The notes under the pieces: model-generated
What the model was told of the DNA's origin: nothing
Databases searched by the model: none
Seen by the model: the letters and a program-made list of their open reading frames with translations, nothing else
Shown here: positions 24,477 to 35,565 of the stretch, one piece after another
Layout: each line of letters opens with the position of its first letter
Numbering within the stretch: the stretch's first letter is position 1
Translations under genes and position numbers: made by a program
From: Octopus bimaculoides
Lineage: Eukaryota
Assembly: GCF_001194135.2 (NCBI RefSeq)
Contig: NC_068983.1
Span: forward strand, 1,803,503-1,857,055
Direction of reading: 5' to 3'
DNA: 53,553 nucleotides

Positions 24477-24830
24477 CTCAATCCTCAAATATGAATGTGA
24501 TATATCTCGACTACGCCAAAGTCTTTGAGAAAATTGATCATTGGACAATATTCTCATACTATGTGACCTTTTTATCACTGGAAACCTGGGAGAGTGGCTA
24601 CTGTTTCTAGTGACTCTCTTAGAATGCCCTCAGTCGTACAGTTAGCCACTCACATCAGCTACGTCGATGATACAAAAATATCACAGGCGGTCAAATATCC
24701 TGATGATATCGTAAAACAGCAAAATGACATGTATGCAATATATAAATGGGCTGATGAAAATAACACGAGGTGCAATGCTGAGAAGTTTCAAGCACTTCAT
24801 TATCGGTCCACAAACAGACTACCGACAAGG
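24477..24830 (+). mobile_element. CR1/L2-group LINE RT fragment with internal deletion
   Basis: NMNVIYLDYAKVFEKIDH (LDFAKAFDKVDH-like) joined to SYVDDTKISQAV..NDMYAIYKWADENN..NAEKFQALHY (YADDTK-like). Confidence 0.8.
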
Positions 24831-24831
24831 G

Positions 24832-24876
<45 letters not shown>

Positions 24877-24880
24877 AATG

Positions 24881-24963
24881 TTGACTGTGGCTTCGAAGTT
24901 TCGGCCAGCTAACCTATCATCCGATGAAGACATAGCTGGCCAAAACTTCGAAGTCACTGTCAA
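24881..24963. ncRNA. 83-nt foldback containing a degenerate hammerhead and its inverted 3' half
   Basis: 31-bp arms at 24881-24911 and 24933-24963 (3 mismatches). Plus strand: CCGATGA-A-GAC..GCC-AAAA-CTTCGAAG-TC. The left arm read on the minus strand keeps GGCCGAAACTTCGAAG. Confidence 0.6.
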
Positions 24964-26612
24964 GAATAATAGATTTGTGCTCAGATTAATGTCAAATTGT
25001 TTTTATTATAAATGAGCATAAATACAAATATATACATCTATATATGTGTGTGTGTATGCGTGTATGTGTTTGTGCGTGTGTGTGTGTGTGTTTATGGAAA
25101 GGCGTACGCTATTTATACGATTATATTTCTGTATTTTTCATCATACACACAAGTGTGTACTTTCTTTGTATATGCACATTATATCTATATGTGTTTATGT
25201 ATGTGTGTATGGATATGAACAGGCCTCTGCCAGTTTATCCACGAATGTGGAGCTATTGGGAGATACCTGCCTTGCATAAGCATCGTTCATTCATTGTTAG
25301 AAGAGACCTTTAATTGCATATACAAATTTTAACTACATTATGAGTAGAAATTTAAATTATGTGATTTCAAAACATTCGTTGTACACATGCGAGCCGGAAG
25401 TGACATAATTAGAATGTAAATCGAATGAGACCAGGTAGGAAACTGTGTCACTTACAAGCTTGAGGTTGTGGAGGAAATAAAAGCAGAGAGAACTGTATGA
25501 AGTTGTATATCATTGCCGTCCCAAGATGTGATTAATTGAGATTTAAAACAATCTCATTTTTTTTACAAATTTACGTGTTTCCGTATTTTTGTATTTCAGG
25601 TGAATACAGATAAGTTTATATAAATATGAGTCACAGTAAATATATCCATGAGATTACGAAAAAGCAGAATTCATAAATATACATATTTCTATCTGTTATC
25701 TATTAATATAAATACACCGTGGATTTTAATAGAGTTAAACACCGATTCTCCAATGCCAAGTGAATCGTGATACCTTTTGATACTATCATTTCCCTGTCGA
25801 TTCAGACTCGCATTTTCTATTCATATTAAGGTGAAATTATATTTATTCAAAAATAACCATCATATCTGGATTAAATATTCAATTCCTAAAACTCGTTACT
25901 CCTCGTCGTTCTTTGTATCTGCACGTGTAATGTACAGAAATATAGCTTTAAGTAATAATCGAAACCTCTGTTATCTTTACTCTTTCCATGACTGATTAAA
26001 TTTGTTATCTTTTTTACAAGGAAGAATATTGTGGTAAACAATTTTAAAGAAAAAATAGTTTATTTTTTTCTTTGTGTTTAAAAGTAATTTTTTACATCCA
26101 ATGCTGGCAAAACATGCCGGACAAAATGCATCGTGCCGTTTTTTTCTGCTTGCAATTTAAACAGAATCTCAGTGCCTAATCAGACACTGACGCAGCAAAT
26201 AGCCAAGTGGTTTATTAAAATTTAATTGATAGTGACAAAAGCAGTATTATGCCAAAAGGGTGATATTTATTCGCGCTTAAATATGCATGCTGTGTTAGAA
26301 CACAGGATATTACGATACATACTCATATAAACTTGTGGTGCATATGAGCACTGGTATGTATATCACTAGTAGGAGATAAATCAACCACCTTCGATTCCGC
26401 TGGGTCTATCAGTCACGTGATCTCGGCCTTCCTTAGCTTCGTCAATGGTAGACGCCCAAAAGTTGGAAGTAGCATCGATTTCTCCGTTAGCAAAATACAT
26501 AGAATCGTAAATTGCCAATAGGCTTCATACAAGCAGTAATCAAAAGTGATAGAATTAGTACTAAATAGCAAATGGTTATTTTTATCCACCACCTAAAATT
26601 GTTTGTTTTAAG

Positions 26613-26651
<39 letters not shown>

Positions 26652-26670
26652 CGCTCGCAGATTTCGGGCG

Positions 26671-26718
26671 GTTAACATTGACAAGCCCAAGTAAGGCCGA
26701 AATCACGGGTCCTGGTAG
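26671..26718 (+). ncRNA. Candidate hammerhead motif with U3:A8 core
   Basis: TTGACAA-GCCC(aagtaa)GGCC-GAAA-TCACGGG-TC; GUC site; helix I pairs only with a 1-nt offset; follows a (TA)n run. Confidence 0.45.
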
Positions 26719-26859
26719 TTTCGGTGGCGACTATGGACTGCTACCGATTTAAACACACACACACACACATACACATAGGTACATACTTATCACATACTCA
26801 CGTATATAGATATAAGCATATAGTAGTGAATGAATAGTGAATATTCAGGTGTGCGTGTA

Positions 26860-27103
26860 TATATATATTACAAATTAAAAGGGTAAAGGTTTATCAATTT
26901 ATTAATTTATTAATAAATCAACAATTAATAATTTTTACCAAGCCCTTCGGTATGTAAACACCATTATCGGTGGAGAACTTATTTAAAAGTTCTTATACAT
27001 TTATAAACATAATTAAGGGATCAGCAAGCATTTGCTTCACCACATACCGAAGTTCAGAAATAGCAGCTAAAAAAGCTGAGACTGGTGAAGCAAATGCTTG
27101 CTG
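26860..27103 (-). mobile_element. Probable PLE pseudo-LTR relic with decayed hammerhead (26935-26975) and a perfect 21-bp hairpin (27022-27103)
   Basis: Minus strand CCGATAA-T-GGTGT(ttac)ATACC-GAAG, then about 80 nt of AT-rich tail ending in (TA)n; both ends abut (TA)n. Confidence 0.45.
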
Positions 27104-27910
27104 TTTATATATATATATATATATATNNNNNNNNNNNNNNNNNNNNNNNNNNNNNNNNNNNNNNNNNNNNNNNNNNNNNNNNNNNNNNNNNNNNNNNNNN
27201 NNNNATATATATTAGTTGATTCTGTGCTTACGTACAATAAAGATACATACATAGAACTTTAGACTCGATCTCTGACACATGTTTAGACTCTAAATTCTTA
27301 TCACTTCATGCAAGAAATGAGTTGGCATGAAGATAAATAGGCCAAAGTGAATGTCCAGTGCAAGATATTTGGGAATAATAAACGCAAATTATTCCATGAT
27401 ATTTCAAATTTGATATTCCCAATTTACGTTTTCACGATTTCCACTGTTAATATACAAACATCATCATCATTATCCACATAATTACACAATTATTATATGT
27501 AAATACGAAATGAACTCATCAGAATGAAGTGAATAAGTCGTTTCATCCGGAAATGAAAGCCAAATATGAGCATCAAAGCGCCGTTGCCATTTAATTATGA
27601 TATAGAACATACACATATATAGATAAATACATAAGAATATACACTAAAAGATGAAAAGCAATATTTTTATCACATTCAAATTATATAACTTAGTGTTTTT
27701 ATATACGTTTTATATAATTATAATCATGATGGGATTTGCGTACTATCTTTAGAAATGCTGTAGATTTTAAAATGAAATTTTGAAATATTGCAAAAAGATT
27801 TTTGATTCCTATTATTAAGAAATAATTGCAAGTGACGATATGCGCGCACGTGCGTATGGGTATGTACTATGTACTTCTGTGTATGTATGCATTTATGCAG
27901 GCATATACTC

Positions 27911-27956
<46 letters not shown>

Positions 27957-27966
27957 NNNNNNNNNN

Positions 27967-28012
<46 letters not shown>

Positions 28013-28345
28013 CACATACATATATGAAACAGAGAAAATAAAAATAGGGCTGCAAGGACTCAAAGAATCTCGTAGCCCTTTCTCCAAATATGCATTGATC
28101 TATGATCATTGCTCTCTTAAAGCAAGTCATAAATGTTAATCTTCTGAGTACGTGTATTGCCTCTGATATATGCATATATATACATATCAGTCTGAAGTGT
28201 GAAGCCGGTTAAACTTTAAATATCATAATAAAAAAATGTAACTATTCTCACTGCATTTTCAAATTCTATTTTTCTTATAGTATTTTTGATTCTTAATCTC
28301 ATTTAGAATATTTCCCCTGTCTGTACATGCATATATACAAACACA

Positions 28346-28380
<35 letters not shown>

Positions 28381-28637
28381 CTTGTTTATTTTGAAGATCA
28401 TCTGTTTTCATTTAGCAATGTAAATGTTGCATTGCCCCATGTGAGTATTTTATCTTATCTGAAAACAGGGAATACTTCAATAAATGAAGAATTTATGATG
28501 TCTTAATATAAATTTATTTAGGTTTCTTTTTTTGTCCCCAATACATGCCACNNNNNNNNNNNNNNNNNNNNNNNNNNNNNNNNNNNNNNNNNNNNNNNNN
28601 NNNNNNNNNNNNNNNNNNNNNNNNNNNNNNNNNNNNN

Positions 28638-28709
<72 letters not shown>

Positions 28710-28839
28710 GTACATATTTACGTATATAAATATATGTGTATGTGAGTGCGTGTGTGTATGTGTATTACGGGGATGTACTTGTATAGCAAGTAACTTGATG
28801 AGAGATCGTGTTGTGAAACGAAAACAATTGCAGTGTGGG

Positions 28840-29128
28840 AGATGTTTGTAAGGCATTTAAGATCAAACAAAAACCGTTAGTTCCACTTCAACATTTAAAT
28901 TTAATTTGCGTCAAAATATTTTCTTAGCTTTGAAACCGCGACCTGTTCACTGTCAAATCTTCATGCTACATCTCTTCGGGCAGCACTAATCTTTTTCATG
29001 CAACACGAAGTTTTTAAATGAACAGGTCGCGGTTTCAAAGCGAAGAAAATATTTTGACACAAATTAAATTTAAATGTTGAAGTGAAACTAACGGTTTTTG
29101 TGCGATCGTAAATACCTTACAAACATCT
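28840..29128. mobile_element. 289-bp foldback element (110-bp arms, 7 mismatches) with outward-facing G3:C8 hammerhead-like motifs
   Basis: Arms at 28840-28949 and 29019-29128; 69-bp spacer; (CA)n on the right flank. Confidence 0.85.
28909..28955 (-). ncRNA. Hammerhead-like motif with G3:C8 core
   Basis: TGACA-GTGAACA-G-GTCGC(ggtttcaaa)GCTAA-GAAA-ATAT-TT-TGACG. Palindromic AATATT stem III; helix I 4/5 pairs; the right arm keeps GTCGC/GCGAA. Confidence 0.55.
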
Positions 29129-29132
29129 TACA

Positions 29133-29170
<38 letters not shown>

Positions 29171-29195
29171 CACACACACACACAACAACAACAAC

Positions 29196-29905
29196 AATAA
29201 CATAAGCTTGGCCGCTCATATAAACAGCAAAGTTGAGAGGGACCGCAGGATATGCTCCTGGATTCTCAGAACTTTCCAGTCGAGATATATCCACAACACT
29301 ATCCTTCTCTTCTCAACTTTTGCCCCACGTTACCTTGAATACTGTTATCCACTGTAGTCTCACCACACGAAACAAATTATCATAAAAATACCTCAAAATC
29401 AATTACAAAAAAGAAAGATGGCATTCCAGGCATTGACCATTAGGGCCGAATAGAAAAGATCAAATTTTATTCTCTCCAATGCCATCATGAGCACTACATC
29501 ATCTGCATGATATGGAAAATATTCCATCAGCATTGCCCAAATGATGTTCCCATCGCCTTTAAGATACACCCAACACTTTGGCTCCGTGCTATCAGCCTAT
29601 AGTATAAATCATACTCGTTTAACAAGAATACGGTTCAATTATTTCACCTCAATTGGCCCCGCTTTCTTTAACATCACACCAAAACACATTGAAGCACAAA
29701 CAAACCCCATAAAGTCCAAGAAGTCTTTGGACAACTTCCTTCAAGAAATCCCGGGTAAACCTTCTACACCCGGATATGTCTCCGTAAACTACAACTTTCT
29801 ATTTTACTGGGCCATGTAGTCCAATTCCTGATTTGAATGACTTTGCCAGGCGGTGCTATTAAGTTAGACATGGCCTGGGACAATACTGGCCGAAACCTAT
29901 CAAAG
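29196..29905 (+). mobile_element. CR1/L2-group LINE 3' portion (post-RT region, C-terminus, 3' stem-loop)
   Basis: WAAHINSKV..WILRTFQSR..LEYCYPL*S, YSLQCHHEHYIICMIWKIFHQHCPND, FTSIGPAFFNITPKHI..KKSLDNFLQEIPGKPSTPGY; terminal GGCC..GGCCGAAACCTATCAAAGT. Confidence 0.8.
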
Positions 29906-30095
29906 TATATGTGTGTGTGTCTCCCCACCATCGCTTAACAATCGATATAGGTATGTTTACGTCATCGTAACATAGCGGTTCAGTTAAACAGACCCATAGA
30001 ATAAGTAGTACGCTAATAAGTAGTACTGGGGTCGATGTGTTCGACTAAATGCGCTGATCCAGCATGGTCGCAATAAAATGACTGAAAGAAATAAA
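29905..30095. mobile_element. SINE body fragment, related to 16640-16720 and sharing the GGGGTCGAT block with family 1
   Basis: CCCCACCATCGCTTAACAATCGAT..CGTAACATAGCGGTTC..GTACTGGGGTCGATGTGTTCGACTAAA. Confidence 0.65.
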
Positions 30096-30107
30096 GGTCT
30101 AGAAGAG

Positions 30108-30139
<32 letters not shown>

Positions 30140-30171
30140 GTCAAAATAAGCATCAAGGATATCCAAAGTTA

Positions 30172-30261
30172 ATGCAGTACGATCGTTTCATGCGACTCCA
30201 TTTAATTAAGTAATGTGAACATTACATCAAATATAAAATGCAGAGCAATCCTCAGCCGCAC
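30172..30261 (-). ncRNA. Type-I hammerhead motif, intact core, long helix II (left arm)
   Basis: GTGCGG-CTGAGGA-[59 nt]-GAAA-CGATCG-TA-CTGCAT; predicted cut between 30178 and 30177. Confidence 0.7.
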
Positions 30262-30411
30262 AAAGATATAGAAATTTAATGAAATTACATTTAAACAAAA
30301 TAACATATTTTTATAACTAAATCTAAAGTCTCAAAGTTTAGAGAGTTTAGATTTAGTTATAAAAATATATTATTTTGTTTAAATGTAATTTCAGTAAATT
30401 TCTATATTTTC

Positions 30412-30501
30412 GTGCAGCTGAGGATTGCTCTGCATTGTATATTTGATGTAATGTTCACATTACTTAATTAAATGGAGTCGCATGAAACGATCGTACTGCA
30501 T
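30412..30501 (+). ncRNA. Type-I hammerhead motif, intact core, long helix II (right arm)
   Basis: GTGCAG-CTGAGGA-[59 nt]-GAAA-CGATCG-TA-CTGCAT; 6-bp helix I, palindromic ACGATCGT stem III; predicted cut after 30495. Confidence 0.72.
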
Positions 30502-33181
30502 TAACTTTGGATATCGTCGTTGCTTATTTTGACTTTAATCACCTTACTTTGGAATTGTTTGGATAATACCATACTTAATTCTGGTACCTAAACTTAAGTA
30601 CCATACTCACCTGAATCTATATATATATTTACATGTGTGATTCTCCCTAAGTTGCCATGTCTAAAATGTGTCTTTTTTGTGACGTGTACATATATATATA
30701 TATGTGCGTGCCTGCGTATGCATGTGTGTATGCATATATGTTTGTATGCACGTGTGTGTGTTTAATCCACATTCGTGTGTAATTTTTACTTCCTCTCTTC
30801 AAATACTTAACCTCATGCTCCTATTAAGCATACAGATAAATGTCAGATGACAGCTTATTAATTAGTTGTTTCAATAAATAAAACGGTTACAAAATCCAAA
30901 TAGAGATTTTCTTAATTGGATGACAAACACAAACTTCACATTTACTAAGCCATCAGCTCACAAAATTATTGCATAAATAAGCTTCTACTAAAATTTATCG
31001 ATTTTCTACAAAAAGAAATAGAAACTGAAGTAATTGAATTTTCATGTTACTTGTTAGCTGTAATTTAATTTATGTTAGTTGAAATATTTACAAAATATTT
31101 TCTATTCCTCTCAGTTCAAATGTCTCTCTACTTACTTTCAGTAATTTATTTCAATATATACTAATAATCGACATGTGCATGCATACTTAAAAACATGATT
31201 TCACTTCAAGTTGCTCCTAATTCTGGTAAGTTTTCAGTTTACTGAGAGATTGTATTTTAGTTTTGTGATAACGAAAACAGAAACGTAGCCTGAGGTTTCC
31301 AAATGGTGAGGATCGAGAGCTGATAATTGATATTATTAACGAGATTTCGAGAATCCATTGCAGTATTCCGTTTTAATGGGGTCGTGAATCTGAGCAGCAA
31401 AAGGAAATTAGGGAGTAAATTTCACCTTACTGGAAATTATCGCAGATCCTAATAAGTTCTATCGTCATTATTGAAACTGATACAAACTATTCTGCATCAC
31501 ACACATGCACACACACGCATCATATTAAAAGCTATTTAAATTTATGTTTAATATGTTTTCTGCATATTCATTTGTGGAACTATTTTCGCTGCCGTAAATG
31601 TTACAGGAAAGTCCTTCTGTGAGACGATGTAGTGGAAAACTGCTGGTATTACCTATAAATGGTGATCAAAATGTAGAAAACGTGTCTCTCCTTCGTTTCT
31701 TACTATCAGCTGCAGTAAACTATTTTTTTTTACTTATAGTACACTAACTACTGTCATTCTTATTCTAAGCAGCAAACAGTATATTTTCTGACGCTATTAA
31801 TAGCCCAGCTGACTGGAGTTTTTCTTCACACACATTGTCTGAAAGGAGAATTTCTTACCAAAATATTTATCGTCATTTGAGTACAAATGGAGGTCCTAAA
31901 TGTATGTACATAACTTGATTTTAATTACTGCTATTTACTGTGGTTTCAATTAATTTATTGCAGCCTGACAAAGCTTTGTACACGATGGTACATTTATCAT
32001 TTGTTGTTTGCATATATAAAAGCGGTAGTTATAAGCTGGCTATGAAGGGCTGAATCGGTGCATGAAGGGCTGGATCTAATGAATCGTAAAACACATGTCC
32101 AATAGTCCAATGTGAACATTTATAGCCTAGGCCGATATCATATCACACAGATTGTCTATAAGAGAATTTCCCTTCTAAGAGGGTTATCGCAGCGAACGTA
32201 ACTCCACGTATGGGTGTCCACGAATGTATTATATAAAAGTGCGTGTAACTATATGTGTATGTGTGTATAGTTCAACTTAAATGATGCCTTCATTGATATA
32301 AACAGAGGTTTCATAAGAAATATTGGCAGAACTCAGAGTTTCATTTGTGATTTTCTAGTTACTTTTCTGTCCAGAAACGCAATGGTTCGAAATCTTCCTT
32401 AATTAAATCGAATTTGTTGATTTGTGAATATAACGCATTCTTGAAAACTAATTCTAGCAATACAACATTGGTGTATTAACAAAGTTTTGTTTCAATACTG
32501 TATTACAACCTATAGCTATATAGCTTAGAGGTCATTCCTTTCAGTAGATGTTTCTATTCAATGGTATCCATGTTAATAACAATTTAGGCAGTAAATTGAA
32601 AGTAAAACTGAGTATATATGTGCATATACATACACGAATATTATTATACATACCTACAAACATTCATACACACACATGTATATATATATATATATATATN
32701 NNNNNNNNNNNNNNNNNNNNNNNNNNNNNNNNNNNNNNNNNNNNNNNNNNNNNNNNNNNNNNNNNNNNNNNNNNNNNNNNNNNNNNNNNNNNNNNNNNNN
32801 NNNNNNNNNNNNNNNNNNNNNNNNNNNNNNNNNNNNNNNNNNNNNNNNNNNNNNNNNNNNNNNNNNNNNNNNNNNNNNNNNNNNNNNNNNNNNNNNNNNN
32901 NNNNNNNNNNNNNNNNNNNNNNNNNNNNNNNNNNNNNNNNNNNNNNNNNNNNNNNNNNNNNNNNNNNNNNNNNNNNNNNNNNNNNNNNNNNNNNNNNNNN
33001 NNNNNNNNNNNNNNNNNNNNNNNNNNNNNNNNNNNNNNNNNNNNNNNNNNNNNNNNNNNNNNNNNNNNNNNNNNNNNNNNNNNNNNNNNNNNNNNNNNNN
33101 NNNNNNNNNNNNNNNNNNNNNNNNNNNNNNNNNNNNNNNNNNNNNNNNNNNNNNNNNNNNNNNNNNNNNNNNNNNNNNNNN

Positions 33182-33219
<38 letters not shown>

Positions 33220-33914
33220 CCACACACTCTCTTATATATACCGAGGTAGATAGTAATAAAGACATACATTGCTACAAAGATAAAGTGACACGTACACATA
33301 TACATACATATATACATACATACATAAATACATACATACACACATAATTGCTTACATACAGACAGAGAACGATAGATAGAAAAGCAGACATACAGATCGG
33401 TTGATAGATAGATAGATAGATAGATAGATATAAGACGAAAACATCATCTCAAATATAATGAGATTAATTCTTAATGTAAGCTCTTCGAAAAGAATTCATT
33501 AAAAAAAAGCTATGCAACTTCAATTTCATTTCTCTAATATAAATTTTGCATAAAGAAACAAATACTTGCAGCACTACGTATACAATAAAAGCGTGTTCCA
33601 TAAAACATTAAATCAAAACCGTATAAATTATATTTACAGTAGTCACACGCGTATAAAATTATACACCCATCATCACCGTTTTCAGCAGATAATTTGAAAA
33701 TCTAATATGAACTACCTTTTTATAAATGCTTGGATGTGGGATCGGAAGTTTTAGAAATTTAAGGCATTTTGGTGAAGTTCCAGAGAAAGATATTTTGCAA
33801 ATATAGCGAGAATTTATTTTTATGCGAGATGTTCTCAAAGGATTCGGTAGATATGAAGAAATGAATGATCAAAGTTGATTTATGAGCAAATACTGACGGT
33901 TAGGAATTTACCTT

Positions 33915-35350
33915 TAAAACGAAGTTCTCCAGTTATTATTGGTATATATCTAAACTTATAATCCGGATATAGAAGCTGCAGGTTTCGAAGCAGTTGTCGA
34001 TAGCTATCTACTTTTTCTTGGAATTTCAATGAGATATTCACATCAGCAGGAGGACAGCTAACCTCAATGACGGTTCATACTTTTTCTTGTCTGTCCCAAA
34101 CAACAATATCCAGCTTGTTATGCTTGCATTTGACCGATATTTTGATGGGAATGTTCCACCAGTATTCCTTGCTTATGAATTCAATAACTGGGGGTTTCGT
34201 TATATTTATTCTAGTACAGACTTCTTTCCGAATGGCATTGAATATTGTTTTTGAGACAACGTCATGTCGCATAGGGAGGTAGCAACCTGATGATGCTTTT
34301 GGGTAGCAGCCAATCGCATGTCTGACTTCCTCCACACAAATATCACATGATCTACATTCACAGTTGTATCTTGGAACTCCGAGGGCTTCGTTGTCTCTTT
34401 TGTTGATCAAGTATTTAGCAGCATTGTCCTGTTGTTGGGTTAGAAATGCATAGCGTTCGAAATGTGATGTGAAGTAACGCTCACGAGTCCGAGAGACGCT
34501 TCGCTTCATGTCAATGTTATTATCTCCTTCAGGTCTACGAGAAACATACTTGTGCATGGTCTGTTTTTCGGTATACTGGGCATTTTAATTCCAGATCCTC
34601 TTCGAGATGCCCTGGTCCGGTATGAGAGGTCATTAGGAAGAGGAGCTCACTTCCAACACGCAGGATATCATTTTCTTCACTTTTCAGCACTAAATTAACG
34701 TATTTAGTTTTGCTGTTGTTGTTTAGCAAGTTCTCTCTGAGAGAGACTATGCAGCATTCGAAGGCTGTCTGCACCGGTTTCAAGCCCCTACCTCCTTTAT
34801 CCCTTCTTAGGTAGAGACTATCGATATCACTATTTCTGCGGAGATTTCCAGTTGATGTTGGAGGTTTTAATGTCTATGGAGTGGATTTCTTCTATAAGCC
34901 GGTCAAGTATCCTAAATGTAGGAATCACCACAGGTACTGCAAATGCAGTCGGATATAGTCTTGCACTTCAGACGACCATACTTTTCTTAGTTTTAGTGTA
35001 ATATACTTAGCTCTATCTCTATTCCCACTGCCTGGCTATGAGATATGTTCATCAATGCCAGGCTACTGGCAGCGTTCTTTGTATGGGACAGGAGAAATAG
35101 TGAGAATATCGAGGCACGGGTTTTGTGTCGGGGAGACTGATCTCCCCCGTTCACCAATTAAATAAGAACATTTCTTCGAGCCAAATTCCATTTCCGTGTC
35201 AGCTGAAAATGTTATTAATTCCAGTTGTTTTTTTGGCATGGTTAATGCATTTTAGTATGAATCTTGTTTTCCGTTTGAGATGTTTCGGTTTAGTACTTTT
35301 ATTACCCTGTATACTGTAGATTTCTCCAAGGTGTTATTTAAGAGTTATAA
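33915..35350 (-). mobile_element. R4/Dong-like non-LTR retrotransposon relic (RT C-part, zinc knuckle, restriction-like endonuclease)
   Basis: KKQLELITFSADTEMEFGSKKC, LYLRRDKGGRGL, CRSCDICVEEVRHAIGC, MRHDVVSK, EYWWNIPIKISVKCKHNKLDIVVWDRQEK..VIEVSCP..EKVDSYRQLLRNLQLLYPDYKF. Confidence 0.85.
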
Positions 35351-35565
35351 GCAACTGTGTATATGGGGCTATTAATACTCCAGTAATTAACATCACATGA
35401 TTCCGTGTTCTCTCCAGTGACATCGTCAATGACTTTCAACATTTGAGCTATTTAGCTATATATGGCGACAAAAACGAGGCAGAAGGTAGTATAAAAACTA
35501 CTTTTTTGGACCGACCTAGGCTGCATATTATTTGAGAAAGCTTTATTTTGTGGAGAAGAGCAGCA

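Larger units (their letters stand above)
30139..30534. mobile_element. 396-bp near-perfect palindrome (194-bp arms, about 10 mismatches, 8-nt loop) carrying two hammerhead motifs
   Basis: Arms at 30139-30332 and 30341-30534; left end abuts (TA)n. Confidence 0.92.

Noticed and set aside
28795-28820. TTGATGA..GAAACG next to the foldback
   Set aside because: No helix II pairing and an unpaired U3/G8; not counted as a hammerhead.
29860-29900. GGCC..GGCCGAAAC resembling a hammerhead 3' half
   Set aside because: No CUGANGA-like core upstream; better explained as the LINE 3'-terminal stem-loop.
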